DNA of 64,000 nt, from assembly GCA_040954595.2 (NCBI GenBank), contig JBECUI020000036.1, positions 106,860 to 170,859 of the forward strand, written 5' to 3'. The position numbers and the translations under genes are program-made. Below, one piece after another: positions 30,151 through 41,044 of this stretch; positions within the stretch are counted from its first letter, which is position 1, and every line of letters starts with the position of its first letter. The DNA is from Balanoglossus misakiensis. Lineage: Eukaryota; Animalia; Hemichordata. Under the pieces are notes generated by a model that saw only the letters and a program-made list of their open reading frames with translations, did not search any database and was not told the origin of the DNA.

Positions 30151-31866
30151 ATGAGAGAGAAGATGATAAAGCCAATAAACATAATCAGCATAAAACATAA
30201 GGTAAGTTTGATAACCCTTTCACTGTTAATATCCGTTCTGCTTATAACTGGATTTACTGCCTCCTTTTCTGCTCGCAACGGCGTAACTCGCATGGCAGTG
30301 CGTCTATTCGGATTAAAGGCGAATGAACTACAAAAATACATGTTGAACCAATGGCAACTACTTGTAGATAACGAACTGCAAAACGATTCTGTCTTTGTTG
30401 AAGCGGCAAAAAATTCCATTACATCGTATGCCAGTACACTCATACAAAGTAATACGGAACTGATATTTGCCTATGAACAAACCGGGGATAGCTACCTGCT
30501 GGCGATGCATAAGGGTGGAATCGATACTGAAAAAGACTACGAAACCTTAAACCAGATAAGCAACCTTGAAGAGATTATTACAGAACAACAACAAAGCTGG
30601 GTTCGATTTGCCCCGAAATACTTTAACCGCGTCGGACAGTATTTCTTCTTTGAACCACTTCAATGGCATGTCTTCTTAACCGAGATCGAACAGTCCTTTA
30701 TGGTGGATGCAAATCGCATTAGTTTTCAAACATTGTTCATTACTATACTATCTGTTGTGGCCGGGCTTGCGTTGAATATTCTTCTCGTTGGATATATCTT
30801 GCGCCCCATTGAAAAGACAGTACAAGCCATGGAGACCGTCATTACAGACAACGACTTAACAGCAACGGTTGCAGTTGAAAGTAGAGATGAACTCGGCAAA
30901 CTGGCGCAAACATTCAATGTTATGATTACCGAACTCAATACCGCATACCAACAAATAAAAAATCATGCCTTGCGGGCAGTTATCGCCAAACGCGGTGAAA
31001 CAAAAATTCGTAATGTATTCCAAAAATACGTCCCGAACAGTGTTATTGATTCGGTTATCAAACAGCCGGAAAGTGCCTTGATTGGTGATAATCGTTCGCT
31101 AACTATTATGTTTACCGATATCCGAAGTTTTACTTCCATATCCGAACAGTATAAACCCGAGAAACTTGTATTGGACCTCAACCAATACTTTGAATCTATG
31201 GTCAATATTATTATAAACCATCACGGTGTTATCGATAAATATATCGGGGATGCAATTATGGCATTTTTCGGTGCTCCTGTACAAATGGAAGACAGTGCAA
31301 TAGCTGCTATTGATTCTGCCATAGCAATGCAACACATGTTAACGACCTTTAATAGTCAACGAAAGAAGAAAAAGCTTTCTCCATTCCACACTGGTATTGG
31401 GGTTGCGTATGGAACAGTAACTGTCGGTAATATTGGTTCCGACAAAAAAATGGAATACACTGTTATTGGCGATACCGTTAACCTCTGTGCACGATTAGAA
31501 AGTCTGAATAAGTACTATAGGCAAACCCTTCTTATCGATCACAATGTCTGTCAAAGGATTCAGAAGAAATACAGCGAGAATATTCGTTTTGTTGATACCG
31601 TACAAGTGCGCGGTAAGACGACTGGTGAGAAAATTTATACGGTAGTAGGTAATCCTACAGATACGGAAAAGGAAGCTTGGACTATATATAACGCAGCGAT
31701 AGACCTCTACTACGAACAAAAATTTACCGAAGCACTGAAGCAATTCAAAAAGGCTAAGAAGTTATTACCCAATGATTATATTACCGAACTGTTCATACAG
31801 CGGACTGAGGCATTTATAAATAATGCCCCTCCATCAAACTGGAAGGGCATCGAAAGCATCCAATAG
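30151..31866 (+). CDS. Membrane class III adenylate/guanylate cyclase with HAMP domain
   Basis: 2 TM helices, DELGKLAQTFN HAMP motif, MFTDIRSFT, DKYIGDAIMAFFG, YTVIGDTVNLCARLE. Confidence 0.93.
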   Translation: MREKMIKPINIISIKHKVSLITLSLLISVLLITGFTASFSARNGVTRMAVRLFGLKANELQKYMLNQWQLLVDNELQNDSVFVEAAKNSITSYASTLIQSNTELIFAYEQTGDSYLLAMHKGGIDTEKDYETLNQISNLEEIITEQQQSWVRFAPKYFNRVGQYFFFEPLQWHVFLTEIEQSFMVDANRISFQTLFITILSVVAGLALNILLVGYILRPIEKTVQAMETVITDNDLTATVAVESRDELGKLAQTFNVMITELNTAYQQIKNHALRAVIAKRGETKIRNVFQKYVPNSVIDSVIKQPESALIGDNRSLTIMFTDIRSFTSISEQYKPEKLVLDLNQYFESMVNIIINHHGVIDKYIGDAIMAFFGAPVQMEDSAIAAIDSAIAMQHMLTTFNSQRKKKKLSPFHTGIGVAYGTVTVGNIGSDKKMEYTVIGDTVNLCARLESLNKYYRQTLLIDHNVCQRIQKKYSENIRFVDTVQVRGKTTGEKIYTVVGNPTDTEKEAWTIYNAAIDLYYEQKFTEALKQFKKAKKLLPNDYITELFIQRTEAFINNAPPSNWKGIESIQ

Positions 31867-31878
31867 AATTGGTAGCTA

Positions 31879-32268
31879 TTAAGCCTTTCTTGGTCGTGCT
31901 AATAATAGACCCAATAAAACCGATGCGGTTGCGATTATATGAACGATGACTGCCGCCAGATGTGGCGCCCCCATTCCCCATAATGATGGGATCCACCAGC
32001 CGGCATAGTACAACACGGTACCAATCATTGCGACATTCCATGCTTTTTCCTGTTCTCTTGCAAAAATGGTAGCGTACACAATTCCCGCTACGACACCAAG
32101 TGCAAGCATTGCTCCTCGGAATGCATGATAATTCGTATGCGTCGCACCATCTACTAGATTAGGCGCCTGAAACGTTACATCAAAAGTAAATGCAAATGTT
32201 TGCCAGATACTAACTAACGAAAAGAATAATCCAATAACTAACAGTAGCATTCCAAATTTATTTTTCAC
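31879..32268 (-). CDS. Small multi-TM hypothetical protein
   Basis: 129 aa, about four hydrophobic segments, RBS AAGGGAAA before GTG. Confidence 0.65.
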   Translation of the reverse strand: MKNKFGMLLLVIGLFFSLVSIWQTFAFTFDVTFQAPNLVDGATHTNYHAFRGAMLALGVVAGIVYATIFAREQEKAWNVAMIGTVLYYAGWWIPSLWGMGAPHLAAVIVHIIATASVLLGLLLARPRKA

Positions 32269-32306
32269 CTTTATTTCCCTTTATATAAAAATATCTCGTT
32301 TCTACA

Positions 32307-33119
32307 CTAGAACGAAACAGATCTGACCTTGTATTCAAAAATATAGTCTTCAAAATCAGGTACCAGATAGAATTTACCCTTTGCATAGGTTATGCCTGAA
32401 CTTTCACGAGCACCAACAACCCCGTAACTCTCTGCTATCTGATTCGTTAAGAGATCAAAATGAAATATTGTAGAGTATGCTTCACTAAACAAGTATAACT
32501 TATTATTTGCAAAGGTTGCCCCTGCAATAGTAAAACCGACGGGGTAATCAATTGCGCTTTCTTTGAGTGTATTCGACGATATATCGTACACATACATGTA
32601 TTTTTCAGGCAAATCTTTATCGAAGAAATACAGCTTCCCGTCAGAATACGCGAGATTACCGATCTTTACCTCTCTAAAAGTATCTACCACAGGAATAGTT
32701 TTCTCTAATACTAATCCTCTCTTGACATTCAACTGATACAATGTTCCAATCTCGGACATAATATACAGCGTATTATTGCCCCCGTACGCTATCCCTTCCA
32801 GGTCACCATCTACCGGCAAAATAATCTTGTCAAGCAATTTGAACTCACTATTATACTTCACAACAACTGCAACATGTGCCGGGACTACATCACCATGTGG
32901 TTCATCAGTAGAAACGTAAAAGACATCGTGTTCCCAATCATACGTAAGAGATGCTGCTAATAAACGACTACTAAATCTCCACGTATCTCCAACTGAAATA
33001 TTTTTTGACTGTATGGGGGAATTTAACGCATTATCATCCAACTCAACCCCTGGGGGAAGAGCTCCCATAGCAAAAAACATTAACAAACAAACAAACCCTA
33101 TTCCGTATATTTTTTTCAT
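32307..33119 (-). CDS. Exported beta-propeller protein (SdiA-regulated/YjiK-like)
   Basis: MKKIYG signal peptide after GGAGG; repeats DLEGIAY, IGNLAY, IAGATF, SSGITY. Confidence 0.65.
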   Translation of the reverse strand: MKKIYGIGFVCLLMFFAMGALPPGVELDDNALNSPIQSKNISVGDTWRFSSRLLAASLTYDWEHDVFYVSTDEPHGDVVPAHVAVVVKYNSEFKLLDKIILPVDGDLEGIAYGGNNTLYIMSEIGTLYQLNVKRGLVLEKTIPVVDTFREVKIGNLAYSDGKLYFFDKDLPEKYMYVYDISSNTLKESAIDYPVGFTIAGATFANNKLYLFSEAYSTIFHFDLLTNQIAESYGVVGARESSGITYAKGKFYLVPDFEDYIFEYKVRSVSF

Positions 33120-33186
33120 GCAATTAACCTCCTGCATTCACGTATATGTAAACAAAAAACATAGCAGTTGGTTACTAATGAAATGA

Positions 33187-34275
33187 TTAAGAGCTAGTAT
33201 TTTCCGACGTTTCTGGTTGAATGGGGCTACCGTTGAGTATTGACCGTAAGTAATCGTAGGGATTGGTATCTTTTTTACTCTTTATTACTTCCTCAAGAAG
33301 AACAATATTGGCAACTGTTTTCTGTAGATCCCGATCAAAGTATTCGTAAACATCGTAAAAAAGATGGAGATTCCTCATATATGTGTCAAAGAGGTTCAAG
33401 TACGCATTGTTTATCGGATACTTCGTAAGATTGCGATAGTTCTCACTCTGAAAGTAGTCATGATAGTTTTCATCGAAGTCTTCTCGAAAGCGTCGTATAA
33501 TGCGTTGTTTTTCTACCAAGACCTGCTCACGTACCATTGGCTCTGCGTACATATCGGATAATTCTTGCCGCAAATCAAACATAATGCGCTGTAAGGCTTG
33601 GAAATCTTTTTGGGCATCTACTGTCTGCAGATATTCCTGTGAATCCGTACCGTAGAATTCTTCAAGATAGCTCAGAGCTCCAACAAGCCCCACGAATGTT
33701 GCAAACTCCTCATTGAACTGCGGATTATCCTGCACCCATATCCGAGCATGCAATAATTCATGAAAAATCAATTCTGCAATAGATCCCACTGCATCATCAA
33801 CCATAAAAGAATAAAGAGGCGCACTAAAATAGTTTTGACTACTAAATGATGAGACCGATCGAACCAATACATCATACTGTAACTGTTCTAGCCGCTGGGC
33901 CTCCTTTTGTGCACCCTTCTCCTGATAGTACCCGCGATAGGGAAGTTTGCCGAAGATGGGATAAGTCCAGTAATGGCGATCAAAACTTGTATCCTTCGTT
34001 GCCGATACCACCCGGACAGCAAATCCGCGGTCCGTATCAATGTATTTTGTATAGTTATTGTTTTTTTCAAGTCCAAGAATCGGCAGAGCATATTGACGGA
34101 TGGCCTCTACTTGCTCTAAGAAATCTCGTACGTCCCCGCCAACAGTCGGATCACTGAGCAAACTCTTTACCGATACAGCTTTTACTTGATCCGATAATAG
34201 ATACCAGCCCTGTGTTGTTAAATAACAGCCTTGCAAAAAAAGAAACGCAAGAACAACCATAATCCATGCCATCAT
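33187..34275 (-). CDS. Putative zinc aminopeptidase lipoprotein
   Basis: Lipobox LQGC, WTYPIFGKLPYRGYY, LIFHELLH..FNEEFATFV (HExxH...E). Confidence 0.85.
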   Translation of the reverse strand: MMAWIMVVLAFLFLQGCYLTTQGWYLLSDQVKAVSVKSLLSDPTVGGDVRDFLEQVEAIRQYALPILGLEKNNNYTKYIDTDRGFAVRVVSATKDTSFDRHYWTYPIFGKLPYRGYYQEKGAQKEAQRLEQLQYDVLVRSVSSFSSQNYFSAPLYSFMVDDAVGSIAELIFHELLHARIWVQDNPQFNEEFATFVGLVGALSYLEEFYGTDSQEYLQTVDAQKDFQALQRIMFDLRQELSDMYAEPMVREQVLVEKQRIIRRFREDFDENYHDYFQSENYRNLTKYPINNAYLNLFDTYMRNLHLFYDVYEYFDRDLQKTVANIVLLEEVIKSKKDTNPYDYLRSILNGSPIQPETSENTSS

Positions 34276-35297
34276 TGCATTATATCAATAAAATCATCCG
34301 AAACATAGTGCTCATTGTCAATTTTCATCATGGGTCTGATGATCGCTTGGTCTAATGCAAGATGCTTCTGTTCTAATAATTGCTGTGCATTCCGGTAGCG
34401 CTCCTGCCATAGCTCTTCGGCAATAGGGGGAAGACCGGGCTGAGGGGGTGCCAAGTGCTTGGGGCGAGAGCTTTGAGATTGATGCCAAGGGCCGAACTTC
34501 GGGATTGAGTCGTATAACAAGCGTGTATAGGGATGGCGCGGCTCCTTCAACAGTTCCTTTGCCGGTGCTTCTTCCACAAGAATGCCGCGATATAATACTC
34601 CGATTCTATCGCTGATATAGCTAACTACTGCAAGGTCATGAGAAATAAACAGGATCGAACAGCCTTCTTTGTCTCGTAGCTGCAGAATTAAGTCAATGAT
34701 ATGCTTGCGGATCGGTGCATCAAGGGCGGATACAACTTCGTCGCAGATCAATAATTCCGGGCGAGTCAATAATGCTCGTGCAATGGAGATACGCTGTCGT
34801 TGTCCACCTGAAAAATCCGGGGGGCGACGGGAAAGGATGCTGGGATCCAACCGAACTTCATGGAGTACCGCTTCTATACGTTCCATCCCTTCCTTATTGT
34901 TTACCCAACGAGGCGAATATCGATACGCATTCAGTAATATCTCCTGAATCGACATACGCGGATTAAGCGATCGGACTGGGTCCTGAAATATGTATCGTAC
35001 TCGACTTCGATATTCCTTGAGCTCTGCACCACGAAGATCCTGCACCGAAAACTGTTCCCCATCATTACCGGTAAACAAAAGCCTTCCCGCACTGGGACGC
35101 TGCAGGGAAACAATGACGGACGCTAATGTTGTCTTGCCACAACCAGTCTCACCTACCAGTCCGTATATCTCTCCCGGCTTGATCTGTAAAGATATGCCGT
35201 TTAATGCATAGATCTGCCCCTCAGTATTGGAAAAGAAGCCCGTTTTCAGTGAATACATCTTAAACACATTGTGCATGCTAATCATCAGGAAATACAT
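34272..35297 (-). CDS. Peptide ABC ATPase (OppF-like), system 2
   Basis: GETGCGKT, FSGGQRQR, HPYT. Confidence 0.9.
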   Translation of the reverse strand: MYFLMISMHNVFKMYSLKTGFFSNTEGQIYALNGISLQIKPGEIYGLVGETGCGKTTLASVIVSLQRPSAGRLLFTGNDGEQFSVQDLRGAELKEYRSRVRYIFQDPVRSLNPRMSIQEILLNAYRYSPRWVNNKEGMERIEAVLHEVRLDPSILSRRPPDFSGGQRQRISIARALLTRPELLICDEVVSALDAPIRKHIIDLILQLRDKEGCSILFISHDLAVVSYISDRIGVLYRGILVEEAPAKELLKEPRHPYTRLLYDSIPKFGPWHQSQSSRPKHLAPPQPGLPPIAEELWQERYRNAQQLLEQKHLALDQAIIRPMMKIDNEHYVSDDFIDIMQ

Positions 35298-36084
35298 CCT
35301 TTGTACTGATAACGTTCTCTACAAGATATTTTGTATACTCATGTTTGGCTTCAGTAATAATTTTTCGGCTATCCGTTAATTCCACAATTTTGGCATCCTT
35401 CATAACGGCAATCCTGTCGGAAATGCTCTGCACGAGAATAACGTTATGACTAATAAAAAGAATTGACAGTGAACGCTTTTGTTGTAAAGACAAAAGAAGG
35501 TTGATAATTTCAGCTTCGATAGTAACGTCCAAGGCGGTTGTCGGTTCGTCGGCAATGAGAATTTTCGGATTGCGCGAAATTGCTAATGCGATCATTATTC
35601 GTTGCAACATGCCTCCGGAGAACTGGGACGGGATATTATGCAGTCGCTTTTCAGGATCGGAGATATGCACTTCCCGGAGTAAATCAATTGTCCGTTCTCG
35701 CACTTGTGCCCGTGTAAGATTGGGCTCTTGTACTCGGAGTGTCTCCGCAAAGGTTTTTTCAATCGAATAAATAGGATCAAAGGATGATGCTGGTTCCTGA
35801 AAGATATATCCGATTTCTCGACTTCGGAAAAGCCGAAGCTCTTCGTCATTATACTGAAGAATGTTTTTTCCCTGATAGTAAATACTCCCTGATGTAATAT
35901 GCCCATTTGCAGGCAAGAGTCGTAACACGGACAATGCATTTACAGTTTTTCCGGATCCGCTTTCCCCTACAAAACCAAGAATCTCCCCCTCCCTCAGATC
36001 CCAACTAACTGAAGAAAGCGCATGCACCTCTTTATTAGGAAGCGTAAAATGAACAGAGAGATCCTTAGTTTCAAGAATATTCAT
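35278..36084 (-). CDS. Peptide ABC ATPase (OppD-like), system 2
   Basis: [25 protein letters not shown]. Confidence 0.92.
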   Translation of the reverse strand: MNILETKDLSVHFTLPNKEVHALSSVSWDLREGEILGFVGESGSGKTVNALSVLRLLPANGHITSGSIYYQGKNILQYNDEELRLFRSREIGYIFQEPASSFDPIYSIEKTFAETLRVQEPNLTRAQVRERTIDLLREVHISDPEKRLHNIPSQFSGGMLQRIMIALAISRNPKILIADEPTTALDVTIEAEIINLLLSLQQKRSLSILFISHNVILVQSISDRIAVMKDAKIVELTDSRKIITEAKHEYTKYLVENVISTKDVFPDD

Positions 36085-37127
36085 TATACACCTCCCCCCC
36101 GCAGATGATATGGATCCCAGACATCACGCAAGTACTCACCAAGAAATGTATAACTCATCGTTGTAATGAGCAAAAACACCCCGGGTATCAGGAGCCATGG
36201 AAAATTCTGTAAATTACTGATGGTCATAACATCCTTACTCATCAGCAAACCCCAACTAACAGAGGGGTCAGTAATTCCCAGCCCCAAGTAGCTGAGCACT
36301 ACTTCACCAAGGATAAAACCTGGAATCCCTAGGGCAATGCTGATAATGAGAATAGATGCCATATGCGGAAGTATGTGGCGAAAGATAATTAAAAACGCAG
36401 GAGTGCATTCCAGCACTGCATTTACAACGAAGTCCTCTGTTTTAATACTGTGCACCATTCCACGCACAATACGCGCAGTACCCGGGAAGCCGACAAAGGC
36501 AAGGATAACTGTAATGAGTACAAACATTTGCCCAGGTTCCAATGAATAAGAAAAAACCGCCCGAAGGAATAGTATAAGGTACAGTGCAGGAAGTAACATA
36601 ATAATCTCCGCAAAACGCATAATAATCCAATCAATCCAGCCCCCATAATACCCTGCAGTGCCGCCGAGAATAATTGCTAACATAAAGCTGATACCAATGC
36701 CAATGAATCCGATGTTCAATGATATTCTGCTTCCGTAGAGAATGCGGGAAAAGATATCCCGCCCGTAGCTATCACTCCCAAAGATAAACACAGGGATATC
36801 ACCATCACTAGAAAGCAGTCGCCGCTCCATAGGAAGGAGCCCGAATAGTTTATACGGGTCTCCCTTCCGGAACATCTGTACCTTCTGATATTCACCCTTG
36901 ATCCATACATATCGCCAATCTAATTCTTGAATTAAAGCAGAACTTTGTACCTGCAAACCCAAGCCCTGATCCGGTGAGTAGATCCGGAGGTTCGGTGGAT
37001 GATAAATATAATCCTTGAAGATCCGGTTTGCCTCATACGGGGCAAGAAATTCCGCAAACAACATGGTGCCATACAGTATTACAAGCATAATAATTGAAAT
37101 TATGCCGATCACAGATATGCGTTTCAT
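36084..37127 (-). CDS. Peptide ABC permease (OppC-like), system 2
   Basis: FGSDSYGRDIFSRILYGSRISL, LSYLGLG. Confidence 0.92.
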   Translation of the reverse strand: MKRISVIGIISIIMLVILYGTMLFAEFLAPYEANRIFKDYIYHPPNLRIYSPDQGLGLQVQSSALIQELDWRYVWIKGEYQKVQMFRKGDPYKLFGLLPMERRLLSSDGDIPVFIFGSDSYGRDIFSRILYGSRISLNIGFIGIGISFMLAIILGGTAGYYGGWIDWIIMRFAEIIMLLPALYLILFLRAVFSYSLEPGQMFVLITVILAFVGFPGTARIVRGMVHSIKTEDFVVNAVLECTPAFLIIFRHILPHMASILIISIALGIPGFILGEVVLSYLGLGITDPSVSWGLLMSKDVMTISNLQNFPWLLIPGVFLLITTMSYTFLGEYLRDVWDPYHLRGGGV

Positions 37128-38209
37128 GTTCCCACCATCTGTGTCCGTTTACTGTATCGAATACGCGGATCAATAACTGCTAACAGTATATCACTAATAG
37201 TAATGCCAACCAAAACAAGAAAACTGATAAACATAAAGTTTGCCAGAACAAGATTGACATCTTCCATAAGCACCGCTTCATACATAAGTTGTCCCATACC
37301 GGGGTAGGAAAAGATTATTTCAAGAATCAAGGAACCTGAAAAAAGTCCGGCAAAGATGTTGGCGCTCCCGGTAATAAATGGACTCAGTGTATTCCGAAAG
37401 GCATGTGCAAAGTATATACGCCGTTCGGAAATTCCTCGAGATCGGAGTGAGCGAATATAAGGTTTTCCGAGTTGATCGAGCATAACAGAACGTATGACAC
37501 GCATGGACCCACCAATGCCTGAAATGAATGCCGCAAAAAGGGGCAAGGTAATATGATGTAAATAGCTAAATACAAAGCGAACCGGGGCATCCTGTATGCG
37601 AAAGTTCGGATAGGCGGTTATCGGAAACCAGCCACTCATAGCGGCAAAGAGCTGAAGCAACAATAGAAGCAGAATACTGGGAAATGCGTGGAGAAATACT
37701 GCAACAACTCCAGCAATAATATCGACCTTAGTATTTACTTTCGAAGAGAAATAGATCCCAATAACGAAGGATATGATGGTAAGAAAAAACAAGGATATAA
37801 TATTCAAAACGAGGGTGTTGACCATGCGTTCTTGGATTAAAAACAGGATGGGAGCACGAGATACCAAACTCTTTCCCAAGTCCCCTTTTAAGAATACCTG
37901 CCCAATCCATCGGAAGTACTGAGAATAAAACGGAAGATCGAGTCCAAGCCGTTCCTTCTCGCGTGCAATCGCCTCGTTTGAATATAACTCGCTTTGATCC
38001 GTTGCTCCATCACTGTTTGCAAACAGTTGAATTCGTACATAGCTGTCTATGATATCGCCCGGGCTTAGGGACATCAATGCAAAGACAAATAGCCCGAGTA
38101 CAAACAAGAGACAAACCATGAGTACGAGGCGAAGAAGAATAAAGACCGCAAGGGGATGCTTATTGCACTGTAATTGTAACCAGACAAGAACTATGTGCAG
38201 ACCTTTCAT
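37124..38209 (-). CDS. Peptide ABC permease (OppB-like), system 2
   Basis: SPGD, GDLGKS, EIIFSYPGMG, DPRIR. Confidence 0.92.
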   Translation of the reverse strand: MKGLHIVLVWLQLQCNKHPLAVFILLRLVLMVCLLFVLGLFVFALMSLSPGDIIDSYVRIQLFANSDGATDQSELYSNEAIAREKERLGLDLPFYSQYFRWIGQVFLKGDLGKSLVSRAPILFLIQERMVNTLVLNIISLFFLTIISFVIGIYFSSKVNTKVDIIAGVVAVFLHAFPSILLLLLLQLFAAMSGWFPITAYPNFRIQDAPVRFVFSYLHHITLPLFAAFISGIGGSMRVIRSVMLDQLGKPYIRSLRSRGISERRIYFAHAFRNTLSPFITGSANIFAGLFSGSLILEIIFSYPGMGQLMYEAVLMEDVNLVLANFMFISFLVLVGITISDILLAVIDPRIRYSKRTQMVGT

Positions 38210-40020
38210 TTCCTGCTCAAGTACAAGCGCGAAGTGTTGAGCCCGTTCAGGGTGTCATAAAAAACGTTATTCCATCTCTTATTTACACCAAGAAAGGAGT
38301 ACGGATGAACAATATAGATAACTGGAAGCTCGGTAAGCAATATTTCCTGATATTCGTTGTATATATTCCATGACTCTTCTTCATCAATGGTTACCATTCC
38401 TTGATTATATAGGTAATCAATTCGTGTTTCCCATTCCGTAGCTGGTTCTTCCTGCAATGGATGCCATAAATGGAAATTTCCATCAGACTGCCAGACATTA
38501 CTCCCACCATTCGGCCAATAATTGGCTCCAAGCCCGACAATGGTACTGTGCCAGTCGTAACTTTCAGTCAGTCGGCTAACAAGGCTCTGAAAGTCGATAA
38601 TTTGTAAACTTGCTGTTATGCCGATAGATCGGAGTTCATCAATAAAAATATTTGCAATTTCTATTCTAATGTTATTTTCCGCCCCCACCATAAGGTCAAA
38701 CTCAACCAGATTCCCATCTTGATCGTACATGAGATCATCATTGCCCTTTTGTATGCCCATTTCCCCCAGAAGATTAATTGCTCGTTGGGGATTATAGGTG
38801 AACTGCAGCTTTATATCCGGATTAAAATACGGATTGGGACGAGCAAAAAAATAGAGTGCCGGTTCGCCGAGACTTCGAAATACCTGCTTCGCAATTCGTG
38901 AGCGATTTAACAAAGAACTCATAGCCTGACGAAACTTGGCATTCGAGAACAACGCTAGTTGTACCGGTGAGACCGTGTTGGGATTCTGATTAAAGACAAG
39001 GAAATCCGAAGAGAGAGACGCTCCCCCATTATATACATCGTATGAAGGATCTTCCTTATTAAGCAAGATATCCAGATCTTCGGGACGGGGAGAATACGAA
39101 TCGGTTTCTCCTTGTTGAAACAAAAGGAAGGAAGCATTTATATCGCTAACGATGCGCAAGATATAGGTTTCTATATACGGAATGCTCTTCCCCGCCTCAT
39201 CCGTTTCCCAATAATATGGATTACGTTCCAGTTTGACATACTTTCCCGGTGCATATTCAGTAATGTACATAGAACTCATTGAAGGAATGCTTTGCACATC
39301 AGTGGATATGTTTAGTATATCACGCAGGCCGCCAACCCCACCTTCTTTTTTTGCCGGCTCGTAGAGATAGCGTGGCCCGAAAAACATATTACACGACAGC
39401 AAAGGGTTGGCAATAATTCGCGGAAAATGAAATGTAAAACTCAACTGGTCTGTTTTTTCTATCGTTATGCGCTTCTTGCTGCCATCAGGCATATCAAGAA
39501 ACTGCCCGGCATAGCCAGGTTGTTGCAGGTCCGGATCACCGTCTATTTCATCGTACCAGAAGACAACATCATCAGCGCTTATGTGAATCTTCGTCTCTCC
39601 ATCCGGTGTTGTCCAGTACAAATCGTTGCGTAAGGTAAAATGAACATCCAATCGATCTTCTATCTGTTCGACTTCAAATGATGCCGCCGCTTCCGGTTCA
39701 AACTCCCGTTCGTAGGGATTATAATCCATGAGATAGCTAAATAAGACATCTATAATTTCTCGCGTAGAACTGTCTCGCGCGGTTAATGTATTGAAGGTCT
39801 TGGGATCATTTAGGATGGTGCCGGTATAGGTGCCGCCTGCCGACCCAATCGCAAACTCTGCCGGTCCCGGCTTTTGCATGGTTTTACTCAGAATAACATT
39901 ATGAGCTTCTTGCCGTTGTGCATCTACTGCCCCCGCTTCCACCTCGACAGTCCCGCTGCAGGAAATCAACAGAAGTCCCAACCCAATAGCTAATATTAAA
40001 CGAATTCCCATAGTATACAT
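38206..40020 (-). CDS. Family-5 ABC substrate-binding lipoprotein, system 2
   Basis: Lipobox LLISC, DPKTFN, SADDVVF, LERNPYYW, FRQAMS. Confidence 0.9.
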   Translation of the reverse strand: MYTMGIRLILAIGLGLLLISCSGTVEVEAGAVDAQRQEAHNVILSKTMQKPGPAEFAIGSAGGTYTGTILNDPKTFNTLTARDSSTREIIDVLFSYLMDYNPYEREFEPEAAASFEVEQIEDRLDVHFTLRNDLYWTTPDGETKIHISADDVVFWYDEIDGDPDLQQPGYAGQFLDMPDGSKKRITIEKTDQLSFTFHFPRIIANPLLSCNMFFGPRYLYEPAKKEGGVGGLRDILNISTDVQSIPSMSSMYITEYAPGKYVKLERNPYYWETDEAGKSIPYIETYILRIVSDINASFLLFQQGETDSYSPRPEDLDILLNKEDPSYDVYNGGASLSSDFLVFNQNPNTVSPVQLALFSNAKFRQAMSSLLNRSRIAKQVFRSLGEPALYFFARPNPYFNPDIKLQFTYNPQRAINLLGEMGIQKGNDDLMYDQDGNLVEFDLMVGAENNIRIEIANIFIDELRSIGITASLQIIDFQSLVSRLTESYDWHSTIVGLGANYWPNGGSNVWQSDGNFHLWHPLQEEPATEWETRIDYLYNQGMVTIDEEESWNIYNEYQEILLTELPVIYIVHPYSFLGVNKRWNNVFYDTLNGLNTSRLYLSRK

Positions 40021-40042
40021 GCCTATCCTCTTATCAATAATG

Positions 40043-41044
40043 TTAAGAAATATGTAAAAAACATGCTACCCTATGATTCTTTTGCACTTCAGTAAGTGCG
40101 GGGATGTTTTCGCGACATTTTTTCATACGAACCGGACAACGATGATAAAAACAACAGCCTCGTTGTTCTTCCGTGGGGGAAGAAACTTCACTCTTTAGAA
40201 TGATGTGTTCACGGGTACGCTCTCGCACCGGATCCGGTATAGGGATTGCTGATAACAATGACTGCGTATAGGGATGCAGCGGCTTTTTATAGAGGGTTTG
40301 GGTATTAACAATTTCCACAATCTTCCCAAGATACATAACGGCAATCCAATCGCTGATAAAACGGACAACTGCCAGATCATGGGCAATAATAAGATAGGTT
40401 AATCCCAAACGCTGTTTTAACTGAACAAGAAGGTTCAAGATTTGTGCCTGTATTGAGACATCCAAGGCACTCACCGGTTCATCTGCCAAGACCAGTTTAG
40501 GATGAAATGCAAGTGCTCGGGCAATGCCAATACGTTGCCGCTGACCACCTGAAAATTCGTATGGATAGCGATTCTTAAAACGATTGGAAAGCCCTACCGA
40601 CTCCATCAGTTCATCGACCCTTTCTTCTATTTCCTTCTTCGTGATATCCAGCAGCCCTTGCTGTCGAAATACTTGTAGCGGCTCGGCAATAATGTTGGCA
40701 ACAACCATGCGCGGGTCAAGTGCTGAATAGGGATCCTGAAAAATCATCTGCATGTTTCGCCGAATAATAAGCATCTGACGTTTATTAGCAGACAAAACAT
40801 CCTGATCTTCAAAATATATCTCTCCGGCTCGCGAAGGGATTAAGCGCATAATGGCACGAATGGTGCTGGATTTTCCGCAGCCTGATTCACCGACAAGTCC
40901 GAGTACTTCACCGGGAGCAAGAGAAAAGGAGATATCATCAACAGCCCGAATATGCCCAACTGTTTTTTTCAATAATACCCCCTTTTCAATGGGGAAATGT
41001 ACCTTTAAGTTTTTTACCTCTAGTATGGGTTTCTCTTTAGGCAT
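40043..41044 (-). CDS. oppF: Oligopeptide ABC ATPase
   Basis: GESGCGKS, FSGGQRQRIGIARAL, HPYT, C-terminal Cys cluster. Confidence 0.93.
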   Translation of the reverse strand: MPKEKPILEVKNLKVHFPIEKGVLLKKTVGHIRAVDDISFSLAPGEVLGLVGESGCGKSSTIRAIMRLIPSRAGEIYFEDQDVLSANKRQMLIIRRNMQMIFQDPYSALDPRMVVANIIAEPLQVFRQQGLLDITKKEIEERVDELMESVGLSNRFKNRYPYEFSGGQRQRIGIARALAFHPKLVLADEPVSALDVSIQAQILNLLVQLKQRLGLTYLIIAHDLAVVRFISDWIAVMYLGKIVEIVNTQTLYKKPLHPYTQSLLSAIPIPDPVRERTREHIILKSEVSSPTEEQRGCCFYHRCPVRMKKCRENIPALTEVQKNHRVACFLHIS

